This document shows, one piece after another, positions 26,040 through 38,522 of a stretch of DNA of 64,000 nucleotides (within the stretch, counting starts at the first letter, position 1; each line of letters starts with the position of its first letter). Position numbers and translations under genes: made by a program. Below the pieces are notes generated by a model that saw only the letters and a list, made by a program, of their open reading frames with translations, was not told where the DNA came from and ran no database searches. Origin of the DNA: Okamejei kenojei (taxonomy: Eukaryota); assembly GCA_035221665.1 (NCBI GenBank), contig CM069151.1:33976001-34040000 (forward strand), written 5' to 3'.

Positions 26040-27000
26040 AATTACTATAGGCAATTCCCTATCGGGTGAAGGTCAGCATGCCAAAAGCTTCACCACCCTT
26101 TCAATAAGCGAGGTTGAAGGTGGAGGTGGCCGGGGTGGCCCAGGCTTGCAGCCGGCGTGGGAGGGGCATGCTGGCTCCAGCTCAGCTCAGCTCTACTCTG
26201 GCTCCCGGGGGGGGGGGGGTGGGATTCCCCAGCAGGCCGGGGACCATCTGCTGCGCCTCTTTCCTTGTCCAGTTGCTGTCGGTTGGCCCCCACAATGCCG
26301 GCGGGAGCCGAGCGCCGGTCATCGGCGGTTATGCACATGGGGTGCTACGGCGGTCTGTGGGTCAGGCAAAATCTCTGGAGAAAAGTCTTGACCTTGAAAC
26401 GTCACCCATTCCATTTCTCCGGGGATGCTACCTGTCCAGTTGAGTTGCTGCAGCACTGTGTGTGTGTCCCTGTTGATGGCCGGTACTCGGCTTTCACCGG
26501 CGCCGGGGGGGAGGGGTTGGCCGGCGGCTGCTGGGTGGGGCGGGGGGTATGGCTGGTGGTCCCTGGCCCATCGGGGAGCGGGGTTGGATTGGAGTTGCCG
26601 ATTCTTCTCCGCGTTGGCTGTGGGCTTAGGGCTGCCGGTATCCCGTCGATCCGGGTCGCCCCGGGCATTTCCGGGGGGGGGGAGTCTAGTGGCGGGTCGG
26701 CAGCACATGCTGCGGGACCCGGGTTCGATCCTGGCTGTGGATAAGGCGCACATCTGCCCCCCCCCTCTTGCTGTTACACCCCGCTCTCCCGCTACCTGGC
26801 ACCCCTGTTCCTCAGAGTAAATATATTGTTACACATAAATTATGAATAGAGATAAGATTTTATACAGCTTATACAGCCAGCGCTTCATTTGCTTTTCCTT
26901 TATGGCGAATTACCTTTGGCGCCGGGGGGGTTGGCCGGTGGCTGCTGGGTGGGGCGTTTTTTCTTTGCGTTTTTCGGAATACAGAACTCGCTTATAAGTG
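26040..27000. repeat. GC-rich composite repeat (unclassified)
   Basis: Internal duplication ggcgccggggggg..ttggccgg.ggctgctgggtggg near 26499 and 26918; embedded Penelope-type and SINE B-box fragments. Confidence 0.45.
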
Positions 27001-27505
27001 AATTGAATTGAATTGAATTTCCTTTATTGTCATTCAGACCTTTCGGTCTGAACGAAATTTCGTTACCTTGCAGTCATGACATAATAAAAAACAAAACACA
27101 CAATAAACACATATTTAACATCCACCACAGTGAGTTCACCAAGCACCTATTCACTGTGGTGGAAGGCAAAAGTCTTAAAGTCTTTGTCTTCTTCCCTCAT
27201 TGATCTCCCTCTGCGCTGAGGCGATCCAGGCCTCCGAAGTTATCGTCCACTAGGCCTGCGGCCGAGCCTCCGACGCTGGGCTGCCGCCACCACTCCAGAG
27301 CAGAGTCCGTCGCTGGAACACTGGAGCCCTGCAGCTCTGAAGCCGGGTCGCCGCTGGAACGCCACCACTGGAGAACCGCAGCTCTGAAGCCGCGTCGCCG
27401 CTGGAGCACCGCAGCTCTGAAGCCGGATCGTCGCTGGAGCACCGCAGCTCTGAAACCGCGCTGCCGCTGGAGCACTGCAGCTCTGAAGCCGCGCCGCCGC
27501 TGGAT
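27001..27505 (-). mobile_element. Retroposon 3' end with (AATTG)n tail, stem-loops and 33-bp minisatellite
   Basis: (aattg)x3-4 then tttattgtca; hairpin ttcagacc-tttc-ggtctgaa; about 5 units gcagctctgaagccg...gctggagcacc at 27331-27505. Confidence 0.7.
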
Positions 27506-28546
27506 GCCACTTTCAAGGAACTATATACTTGTACTCGTAAATCGCTCTGCTTTACAACACTCCCCGGATCCTACCATTCATTTGAAGGCCCTGCCCTGGT
27601 TTGACTTCCAAAAAGACAGTACCTCACACTCATCTGAATTAAACTTCACTTGCCATTCCCCAGCTGATCAAGGTACTGCCGTTTCTTGATAATAATTTTC
27701 ACTGTCAACAATACCATGTATTTTAGTGTCATCTGCAAAATTACTTATCATGCCTTATACATTTAGATATAGTAGCAATACTTAGAGCGTATTTAAACAA
27801 ACATAATAACAGACAGGGAATTGAGGGATATAGACCATGTCCAGGCAGATGTGCAGTTCGAATTGGCATCATGGTCAGCGCAGGCATTGGTCTGCCACTG
27901 GTTCTTAAATATGGCATTCCAGCACCATCTTACATTTAGGATTAGCAATATGCACTGACTTGGACCACAGTACATACTTATAAGTATTTGCCTCGAAGGG
28001 CCAAATGGCCTCCTTCATGCACCTATTTTATATGTTTCTAAGTATATAACATAATATAAATAGAAAACAAAACAGAAACTGCTGGTAGGGCAGATAAATA
28101 GAATTAATGTTTCAGACCTTTTGTGAGAACTGGGTGGGAGCGGGGGGAATAAGTTGCATAGACAGCAGACGGGGTAATGGATCAGACGGAGTGATTTGAC
28201 GGCAGTAAGATTGGCAGGTAGCCTTCAATGGGTTAATGGCTGGGAAATATTGCCAGATGTTGGCCACCAAACCACTCAAGCGTGTCCTACTAATGAATTA
28301 GATCATGGCTGATCCACACCAGCCTCAACTCCTCCATACCAATTCCCCTCTCCCTCAATTCCCTGCAGGTCGGGCTGTGCTAATGGAGAGGGCTGGACGG
28401 AGGCAACATTGCAGCAGAAGGCCAGTTACCTGACCGTAGGTCCAGAAGGATGCCAGGTGCCAAGATGGTGTTGACTGCAGACGGGTCAGGGTGGCTGTGC
28501 AATCCCACTTCCAACCTGCGCCCATGTTTCTGTCCTCAGTGAGGAA

Positions 28547-28580
28547 CAAAGATTATAGAGGAGCTCCTGTATAATCTTTG
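28547..28580. mobile_element. 34-bp palindromic mini-MITE (CAAAGA termini)
   Basis: caaagattatagaggagctcctgtataatctttg is a near-perfect palindrome; flanks gtgaggaa / gtgaagac. Confidence 0.55.
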
Positions 28581-28589
28581 GTGAAGACG

Positions 28590-28861
28590 TCGAGTGTGTG
28601 CGCTCGCACGCTCGGATGGCGCGGGGCTCACTGCGCATGCTCAGTACTGGGGCACTGGCGCCCCGGGTAACGGTAACAAGGGGGGCTCACTGCGCATGCT
28701 CAGTGCTGGGGCACAGACGTCACGGGCAAAGGCAACGAGGGGCGTGGCTTCATGCGCATGCTCACTACTGGGGCAGTTGACGGGTGACGTCACCAGAGGC
28801 CGGTGTCCGCCTGACCGGGGGCACTGCGCAGGCGTGTGGCCGGGGACAGTGAGCGTGCGCG
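28590..28861 (+). promoter_or_regulatory. ATP6V1F CpG-rich promoter with repeated NRF1-like and CRE motifs
   Basis: TGCGCATGCTCA at 28632, 28691, 28753; TGCGCAGGCG at 28825; TGACGTCA at 28785; directly upstream of the ATG. Confidence 0.8.
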
Positions 28862-29019
28862 ATGGCGGGCCGGGGCAAACTGATCGCAGTGCTGGGGGAC
28901 GAGGACACCTGCACCGGATTCCTGCTCGGCGGCATCGGCGAGCTCAACAAGAACCGCAGGCCCAACTTTCTGGTGGTGGAGAAAGAGACGAGTGTGGCGG
29001 AAATCGAGGAGACTTTCAA
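28862..29019 (+). CDS. ATP6V1F: V-type proton ATPase subunit F, exon 1
   Basis: [52 protein letters not shown](K); donor |gtgagg. Confidence 0.98.
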
Positions 29020-30683
29020 GTGAGGAGGGCTGCGCCTGATGGATGGGAACCGGGCCGGGGACCAGCTTCCCGGGAGAGGGACCCAGGACCAGCTCCCAGG
29101 GGGACGGGAGACGGGAGACGGACCCGGGGGGACGGGATCGGGACCCTGATCATTGTCGATTTTGTGCAAGCTTACTATACATATATTGTATTTGGCGTTC
29201 CAGTTTCTGATATTTTTCCAGGTCTCGACATCTGCCTGTGGTCTGGAGCAGAAGGGGTTTAGTCTAATCTGAAAATTGTGGATTTGGATTGGGCGAGGAG
29301 AGATGCAAGGAAACAGTGAATCCTGACGTGATTTTCTAAAACTGGATCCAGTGAGGTCACCGGCTTAAAGCAAAGATTGTTATATGTTTTGTGATGTACA
29401 ATAGTACTTGGTCTCATGTTTTTTATAAATTAATAATTCATATTTAAGTATAGAGGAGATGTTGGTAGATGATACAACAACTGGCTATGTCGTTGAGAGT
29501 GAGGAGGAACTCTTCAGATGTGCAATCTAGACACTTGAGTGAAAAGGTAAAGAGTGCAAGGTAAAGCCAGAAAAGTCGGATCAAAGATAGTCGCCAATGA
29601 GCTAGATAGTAGTTCAGAACTGCTCTCGTTGTGGTAGGATGGTTCAGTTACCTGATAACAGCTGGGGATGTTGTTAAAAATGCAAATGGGTTGCTCTCCA
29701 TTATTTGTTGCGACATAGAATATGAGAAGATATGTTCATTGGTGGGCATAAAATTGATGGGCCTAGATAGAATAATTACAGCTCATTTTGTTTAGCAGAG
29801 AGACATTAAAATTGGTGGGAGGGTTAAAGAAAATATGAAGATTTTTCACCTTGAGATTGGAAGGAGTCTGGAATTCATAATCTAGAAGGGTGGTAGAAAT
29901 AGAAACCTTCATATTTAAAAAGTATTTGGATATGTACTTGAAGAGCCATGACCTTCAGGGTGAGTGCTGGAAGGTGAGATTAGATTGGGTAGATCTTCTG
30001 AGTTGTAAATTTTCTATGAGCCTGATTACTCCCATGGGAGTTTTATGGATGCAATCCCGAATGACATAGTGCGAGGTGCTGCTGGTGAGCTCAACACTGT
30101 GCCATGTCCTCGCTATTTCCCCCTTCTTTCCACTGTGGACCTTATGTGAGAGTAGCAGCTAAGATGGCCACTGTTCTGGGTTTGCCTCCTGTATAGGCGT
30201 CAGATACATTGTGAAATCTTTCAGTACGTGCGGGGAATTCTGAAAGAGGGGCCAAGCGTTTGTTTAAGGAAGTGAGTCCTCCTTTTGCTCAGGAAGTTCA
30301 ATTCAGTGCTGTCCTCCCTATTTCATTCACTCAGCCGGCTCCTCAGCTTGGGTTGGCTCATCTCCTCCTGTCCTTTAGATGCCTATACTTTCTTTCCCTG
30401 TCCCCTGACCTCAACACCAGAAAGTGGGCTTCATTTACACTCCTTTCCTTCACCGTCTCCTGTCCTGTGCCCAGAAATAATCCCATAATAATTCTGCTAA
30501 ATTTCTAGAAGCAATGGAGGCATCTACAGCCAGCCTCTGGGTTCAGTGCTGAATGATTGGGCTTTGAGGCTACCTCCAGGATTCTGTGAAGGCTGACAGA
30601 ATCTATGCTGTTGACATTATTATGATGCCGATCCTGCAATTTTGCCAGGAGCTTGGAATAAGCCTTTCTGATTTTCTTTACAG

Positions 30684-30885
30684 AAGTTTCTTGAATCGTG
30701 ATGACATTGGGATAATTCTGATCAATCAATACATTGCGGAGATGATTCGTCACGTCATTGATGCACATACATTATCGATTCCTGCTGTGCTGGAGATCCC
30801 ATCGAAGGAGCACCCATATGATGCTTCTAAAGACTCCATCCTGCGGCGTGCTAAAGGAATGTTCAGTACTGATGACTTCCGGTAG
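30684..30885 (+). CDS. ATP6V1F: V-type proton ATPase subunit F, exon 2
   Basis: [23 protein letters not shown]...[31 protein letters not shown]; spliced CDS 360 nt = 119 aa. Confidence 0.98.
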
Positions 30886-31578
30886 ATAGACTATGCAGTG
30901 CTAGTCATGCGTCACCGATGAGTTCTGTCATTGTGTTGTTTTATTGTATGTTGTACAGAGTGTTGATTCCTCTGGTCCAACGTGCAGAGTACTGATTCCT
31001 CTGCTGTCAAATCCTAGCCAGACATTGCAGCTGCAATCCCCACTACCACTGTGTATACATGATCCCAATCCACCATTTAGTGACCTTTTACCCACGGCAA
31101 ATTTGAGTATGATTTAATTTCCATTCAATTCTATACCCGCCTTGGGAGTATTTGATGGGATTGTTTAAGGTGCGACTCTAGGCTGTAACTGGCACTGTGC
31201 CTGTCCTGGCATAAATCAAATCTTGTGCTAACTATTGATATTTCAAATTGCTACGTGCTGTGCCTATCTGAGAGAGTGGGGAACAAGGTAGACATTGTTA
31301 AACACTGGAATTAAAGATAATAATTATTGTCTGCTGAGTTGTGATTGTGCAGAAAGCACTGCTGCTCGGGTGGATAGGATGGGCACAAGCTCCAAGCTCT
31401 CAGTTGGGTTAGTATTTTATTGGATGGCACTAAGCAGGATTGTTTGTGCTGAAAATTCAGTGTTGCTCAGGTCCCAGTTTGTGCTAGTTTTAACAGAAGC
31501 TGAATGTGGTTCTGATCTGGTCTTAGCTAGTCTTCACATTGCATATTTATGATGTTGCTTGTCCCTGATTATTATGTC

Positions 31579-31588
31579 AATAAATAAA
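31579..31588 (+). terminator. Probable ATP6V1F polyadenylation signal
   Basis: Overlapping AATAAATAAA followed by T-rich sequence. Confidence 0.7.
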
Positions 31589-34490
31589 CTAACATTAAAG
31601 GTTGATTTTTGTCATGTGTTTCTGATTTTGTATAACTATATCTTTATTGCTTTTTTTTTTCAGCTTATGTTTTCTCCTGCTTTTACCTGGATTGTGTTCA
31701 CGTGAATGTACCAATGCCTTCTTAATGAACATCCAACAGCCCATCTTGCACCTTGTAAACATCAACTTATCCAAAGCAGGAAATAGTGCCTGAATATTAT
31801 TCATGTTTGTCGTTACAAAAAAAAAGACAAGTAGCATTATTGCACAAGTTCCAGACAAATTCTGTCCCAACCAAGAGAGAATCTAAATATCACGCTTTTG
31901 ATATTTATTGATAGTTCTATTGTCAAATTTCTCTGGCAACTGTTGGAGAATAGTAGGGCATCCTAATTAGAATCTGAACTTTATCGTTCATTACACAAAT
32001 ATTTTTGCTATAGAACAGGGCAAAGACAGGATAATATGTAGGAAGCGGTTCACCTTGCGATTTCCTCCATCTATGATGCACAAGGCAATATAATAATTGA
32101 CACAATGCCAATACAATACTGATAACACTAATGAAGTTTGACAACAAACGGAACATTTTATTGTTCTTTATCCACCATACTAAATATTCACTATTCCTGT
32201 CCCCCCGACAGTTTTTACAACAACACCACACCAAGCCTACGGACTTTCTCCACTTAGAAGACAAAGAGATTTAAGCACACTGAGAGATCACTTCTATATT
32301 TCTCTCAGGCAAGGTTATCACCCATCCAGACAACAGCCATACACTAACCCCGCTTGGAAATGTATTAACATTTTGGGGCTGTTTACCTGACATCTTCCAT
32401 AAGTTAAAGTTTTGAGAGGCAGTTTCTCAAGGAAAATAAAGAATGACAGGATTTGGTGATTTTCTCAAATCAGGAAGTAAAATAAAATAATGCATCCATC
32501 CATTTGTCCATCAGTTCAAGATCTGGCAATGCTGTAATTTGTAATTTTATACTTAATTTCTAATCATTCCATGGTCTCACCCATCATACTTAAGTACCGC
32601 TCTGAGATCTCTGATCATCCAAACCTGTCATCTTGCAATGACATGTTTAAACTAAGGGGCTATAGTTTGCTGTGCTCAAAGCTCTTGACTGTGGAATTCC
32701 ATCTCTAAATCTATGAGGTATTTTGACTACGTTCCCCAACACCCCTCTATGTTCCTCAATGTTCTGCTGTGTCTATTGGATTCTTGTTGTGCTCTGCACT
32801 GTCCCCACATCTGGTTTTAATTTCAGTTTGGTGATGTTTTACATTCTTCATTCTGCCAATCATTTTCACAGTGGATGATATGAAACTTCCCAGCCACCAA
32901 TTGGCAGGAGCTGTCTTTTTAAAATTTCTGAGAGCCAAGACTAGGTTTAGCGAGAGGCTGCTATTAAAAATGTAACCTTTTTCTATATGTGTAATCAGGT
33001 GACAGGGGCTATTGGCAAATGTGCAATTGGATTGTCGCATCTAATAAAATGTCTGATGAAACAGACTTGCAAACCCTGGAGCAGTATTAGTGCTACTTAA
33101 CCAGGTTGTGTCCTCCTGTATCCCATGATATGAAGGTCGTAGCCCCTGTAATTAATGGGACATTCCCAGCTCACAGTTGGATGTCCCCTTTAACACTTGA
33201 GGTAAAACTCAGTTTCCTAATGCTGTGCTGACAGAATTTTCTTGGGATGGATTGGAATTTAAATTCCATTGGTATTACTACTGGAGATGTCTGCAGATGA
33301 GTGATGTTGGCTTTGCAAGCAGCATTCTCAAGCATTCTGAGTGCTGGCCAAAATAAGAGTTTCAACTCCTATCACCCACATGCAAACTACAACAATCCTT
33401 TCTCTGCATATGCTGGCTGCCAGGTTGTAATTTATTAAATAATTGCATTCCAAAACACTGGCCCTTAATAAGAAAAAATGCATTTAGTCCACATCTGTTT
33501 TAGATTAATCAGTCTTAAAACTACTCATTCTTAAAAAGTGCAGATGCTGTCAGTATTCTGTTATTTTTTGTAGATTTTGAGTCCTTGTTAAATCTGACCA
33601 CAATCTTGTAATTACTCTATCGCTACATAGAAGAGCCAACTGAATAAAAAAATTCTCAGAGAATGATTTGTTGTAGAATTGATTGAAACCACAGAAACAT
33701 ATCATTAGGACCAATTGACTACTGATAGTGTCTGTGGCCCACCTGAATCTACTCAAATTCCTATTTTGATTCTCTTCGCTTCTAGGCCATTAATTTATCT
33801 AGTGATACAATTGTATTAATGCCGTTCTACTAGAATTTCTTGTGGAGTGCATTCCAAATTATAACATCTTTGTATAAAGTAGGTTCTCGTGAATTTCTTA
33901 TTGGAGTTGTTTGTATCTGATTTTAATTTATGGATTTTTATCTGGTCAACACTGCATGTGAAAATATTCCTTCCATGCTTATCCTATTAAACACTCAAAG
34001 TCAAAGCCCCAGGTCAGGCTGACCTTGATTATCTGATCTCCACAGCAAGCACTTTGCCCAACTCTTGTATTTGCCCTATTCTCATTCCTCGGACGTCCTC
34101 ACTTAGCACCCGACCCCTCAAACCGGCCCCTCTTCAATTCTGAAGTCTCAGAACATACATCACCTCCCAAATACCCTAAAGAAGCCCATATTCTCTCCAG
34201 CAGTTATTTATTTTAGCTGATGAAAGAAAAGCAAGGGGAACATTTCATCTCAACATTGATTCTTGAATTATGTTTGACACATGGGTAGATTATTGCCAGA
34301 CACACTATTTGAAAGCAGAATAGAACACCCTGCCACTATCATATTGCACAAATAGGAATTCATTTCTAGGCACAGCAGTCTACAGCAAAATAGACCATTC
34401 TGCCCAGTAAATTCATGGTTGAGTGTTTATACTTGGTGCATAATTTCTCTCACCAGGCTTATCGTTGTATCCTTTGTTTTATTCCCTTAT

Positions 34491-35025
34491 TAGAAACAGA
34501 AACATAGAAAATAGGTGCAGGAGGAGGCCATTTGACCCTTCGAGCCAGCACCGCCATTCATTGTGATCATGCCTGATCATCCACAAGCAGTAATTCGCGC
34601 CTGCCATCTCCCCATATCCTTTGATTCCGCTAGCCCTAGACTAGAGCTCTATCCAACTTTTAAATTTATCAAGTGAATTGGCCTCTACTGCTTTCTGTGG
34701 AAGAGAATTCCACAAATTCACAACTCTGGGTGAAAACGTTTTTTCTCATCTCGGGTTTTAAATGGCCTCCCCTTTATTCTTAGACTGTGGCTCCTGGTTC
34801 TGGACTCCCCCAACATTGGGAACATTTTTCCTGCATTTAGGTTGTCCAGTCCTTTAATAATTTTATACATTTCTATAAGATATCCTCTCATCCTTCTAAA
34901 TTCCAGTGAATACAAGCCCAGTCTTTCCAATCTTTCCTCATATGATAGTCCCGCCATCCTGGGGATGAACCTCATGAACTGCCTCAATAGCTGCACTGCC
35001 TCAATAGCAAGGATGTCTTTCCTCC
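34491..35025 (-). mobile_element. CR1 LINE 3' fragment
   Basis: Minus [26 protein letters not shown]...RTRSHSLRIKGRPF, typical CR1 ORF2 C-terminus. Confidence 0.9.
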
Positions 35026-35441
35026 AATTATTCTTTCCAAACTTTTCCTTAAATGTATCAATACATTAACTACTGTTTGTCGGAATGATTTCCATATTGC
35101 CACAACTCTGTAAAGAGATTTCTCCTAATCCCTCTGAACTTTTTAACATTCGATTACATTGGATATACTAGAACAGTGGTATTCTGCCCAGCCAGTTTAT
35201 GTCCATTCATAGCAATTCCCGTCTTTTGGCGAATTCACACTTCCCTACGTCAATCTCATTGTTCATGTCATTTCCTGTTGCTTATTACAATTGTTAGTGT
35301 AATATTGATTGCTTAGATACCAGCATGGGCACCTCATCAGTATGCAGGGAGCCTTGGTTTTGCTGCCTGTCCTGTGCTCTCCTTTTTAGTGTCCCACGTT
35401 TCACAAAACCTGTGTATAAGGCCTGCTGAAGACCCGCAAAT

Positions 35442-35883
35442 ATGGAACGAAAGCTCAACATGGACACACATTTGCAAAACTTCTGGAAAGAAAGCATCAC
35501 AAAAGAGGATCTGCTAAGGATGTGTTGGTTGAGACATTTCAAGGGAAACCTCAGCCAGCCACCAGAAAGAGAAATTGTGCGTAAGAAGATACCCACGCTT
35601 CCGCACATACCCCTCCAGACCCAAGAACCAAAAGCACAGGAAAAAGTGGCAGCCAAATCAGGGAAGGGAAAGTGCAAAAAGTCGACAACTGTGAAGAAAG
35701 TAGCAAATGAGTCTTTGAGTGATATGAGGCCAGTCACCCCTGAGGTGCGGGCCCTGCTGTACGATGGATTCTCAAAAGAGGATAAAGGCAGATACCTATA
35801 CCTAAAATCCCGAAAGAAGAAAGGCCCCAGTGAGAAATACGAGTACCCTCTCACTTCCTCCTGGAATTATGGCTGGAAAATAG
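35442..35883 (+). CDS. SPMIP1: Sperm microtubule inner protein 1 (ATP6V1F neighbor), exon 1
   Basis: MERKLNMDTHLQNFWKE...MRPVTPEVRALLYDGFSK..GRYLYL...YPLTSSWNYGW resembles human ATP6V1FNB/SPMIP1; syntenic position; donor G|gtgag. Confidence 0.9.
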
Positions 35884-36562
35884 GTGAGAGTCAATAGGCC
35901 GGGCTAATTGGGAACGATGAGATCTGTATTGTCGGATAAGGATAATAATTTCCATACACAGTAATAATGAAGGGCTGGAATACATTTCCATTTTGATGCT
36001 GATTGGGCAGTATTGCTGGGCAGATTCGGTCCAGATATTGGACAGGGCGAGGATATTAGCAGGGCAAGAGTTGGATCACATGAAGGGTTGCTGGATCCCA
36101 CTGACAAGAGGAAGCAGGCTGTTGTCTGGATGGTTGATGACCTTGCCTGCAAATATCATCCAATGTCAGGACATCAATCCAATCCAGATACACAGCATTG
36201 TTTTGCAGCATTGCTATTCTCTGCATTTGAGTGCAAAGTTTCTTTCATTCGGGTTCAATATAATCAGGCTGTCTTCAATATGCTTTAGTTTCATGCTCTT
36301 TTATAAAATTTGAATTTTAAATTAGGTTAATTTCAAGCATCTCAAAGCAAATCCGTCAAACTCTTCCAAAGCAAGTACAGTATGGATTAGATATATTGCA
36401 AAATTCATTTAATAGTGTCCATAACTCTGAGTGTCAAGATAGTTATGGAAAAGGATAAGGAAGGACTAGAAATTAAGATACTGATTTTAATATGTTAGGA
36501 CCTGGTAAATATAGACTGGACACAGCTTATTGTAGCTCAGTATATCTGTCTGTGATGCCATG

Positions 36563-37600
36563 CATTAGAGTACCTGTATTCCTAGATCCTTCTGCTCTAC
36601 AACACTACTCAGGGCCCCACCATTCACTGTGAAGGCTATACCCTGGTTTGACTTCCCAAAATGAAACACTTTGCACCTATCTGCATTAAACTTCATTAAC
36701 CATTCCCCAGCCCACTTGCCCAGCTGATCATGAACCTGCAGTAATTTTTGATAACCACCATCACTATTCATGATACCACTCACTTTAGTGCCATCTGCAA
36801 ACTTACCAATCATTCCTTGTACATTCTCATCCAAATCGCTGCTATAAACCAAACCCCAATGGGTCTAGCACCGCTCCTTGAGGCATATCACGTCCCAGGT
36901 TCCTAGTCCGAAAAAGCCTTCCACTACCACCCTCTGCTTCTTTCCACAAAGCCAATTTGCCATCCAGTCAGCTAGCTCTCTGGATCTCATGTGATCTAAC
37001 CATCCAGAGCCTACCAGGGGGAACTTTATCAAAGGCCTTGCTGAAGTCCCTATAAACGTATATGCCTTGCCCTCATCAACCTTTTTGGTTATCTCTTCAA
37101 AAAACTGAAATCAAATTCGTAGGATACGATCTGCATGTACAAATCATGCTGACTATACTGAATAAGCCTTTCTACCCAAGTGCATATATACCTGTGTAGG
37201 AAAAAACTGCAGATGCTGGTTTAAATCGAATTTAGACACAAAATGGGTGACATTTCAGGTCAAGACCCTTCTTCAGACTTCAGACTTCTCGACCCAAAAC
37301 GTCACCCAATCCTTCTCTCCAAAGATGCTGCCAGTCTTGCTGAATTACTCCAGTATTTTGTGTCTACCTTTGCTACCTTTGCATATATACCTTATCCCTC
37401 AGAATCCTTTCTTGTAACTTACCTACCACAAATGTTACACTCATTGGTCCATAGTTCACAGGCTTTTCCTGGCAGCACTTCTTAAATAAAGGCTCAACAT
37501 TAGCCACCATCCAGTCATCCAGCTCCTCACCAGTGTCTAATGATCATTCATATATCTCAGACAAGGCTCCCGCAATTTCTTCGCTAGCTTTGCACAGAGA
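36563..37600 (-). mobile_element. Older degenerate CR1 LINE RT fragment in SPMIP1 intron
   Basis: Minus frame DLDENVQGMIGKFADGTKV...W.MKFNADRCKVFHFG..EQKDLGIQV. Confidence 0.8.
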
Positions 37601-38085
37601 CCTATGATACATCTTCCCACCATTCCCCCCAGCCCAACATCAGTCTGAAGAAGGGTCTCGACCCGAAACGTCACCAATTCCTTCGCTCCATAGATGATAT
37701 CTCACCTGCTGAGTTTCTCCAGCATTTTTGCCTACCTTTGATTTTTCCAGCACCTGCAGCTCTTTCTTAAACCTAGGATATAACTGATCAGACCACAACT
37801 GATTTATCCGCAATTGTGCTCAGGATATCTCCATTAACTGCCCAAAGTTCCCTAGCCCTCATGTTTTTCTCGATTGTAAAAACAGAGGAGAAATACTCAT
37901 TGAGGACCTTGCCTCTATCCTGTGGCTCCACACTTACACTCCTACATGGAACCGTTGCCTACCAGAAGGGTTTCGGCCCGAAACGTTGCCTATCTCCTTC
38001 GCTCCTTAGATGCTGCTGCACCCGCTGAGTTTCTCCAGCTTTTTGTGTACCCTCGATTTTCTAGCATCTGCAGTTAATTCTTTAA
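37192..38085. mobile_element. Cluster of Penelope-derived palindromic repeats with hammerhead-like cores
   Basis: Copies at about 37192-37370, 37640-37775 and 37960-38085; CTGAAGAAGGGTCTCGACCCGAAACGTC at 37645-37672. Confidence 0.7.
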
Positions 38086-38522
38086 CACTACTACATGGAT
38101 GTTCTGAGGTTGTTCAGCTGCTGCTCCAGTTCCCCAACACAGTCTGCAAAGAGCTGCGGTTGGATGCACCTCACTCGGGTGTTGTCCTCAGGGACATCGG
38201 AAGTCTCCCTGACATCCTACATCATGCAGGAGGAGTATACAACTGCCCTAACTGCTGTTTCTACAGCACTAGACCACGGAAGATTTACGAAAGATAGAAA
38301 AAAAGTGTACCTTATCCCACTAATGTTGCATAGGGAAGCTTAGTGGTATTACTTTCAGCTTGGAACTTGAAGAGAGCCATGCTTTGTGCTGTGCTCTTCT
38401 TCATCACTGTGCTCAGTACTCATCCAAGAGTGCACTTTGGATGATCTATATTAGAAAGGTGTGAGCACCTGGTAGGAATGGGATGAATGGTTCAATCAAT
38501 TGCTGTGCTTCTTTCCTAACAG

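Noticed and set aside
27331-27505. Repeat array superficially CRISPR-like
   Set aside because: Head-to-tail units without unique spacers, vertebrate context, no cas genes. The same applies to 59955-60360.
26090-27516. Multiple long ORFs, some repetitive (AAVLQRRRGFR)
   Set aside because: GC-rich repeat and 33-bp minisatellite; no splice structure or recognisable domain.
28594-29262. 222-aa plus-strand ORF over the ATP6V1F promoter
   Set aside because: Different frame from the real ATP6V1F exon 1; CpG-island artefact.
35294-35854. 186-aa minus-strand ORF
   Set aside because: Antisense shadow of SPMIP1 exon 1.
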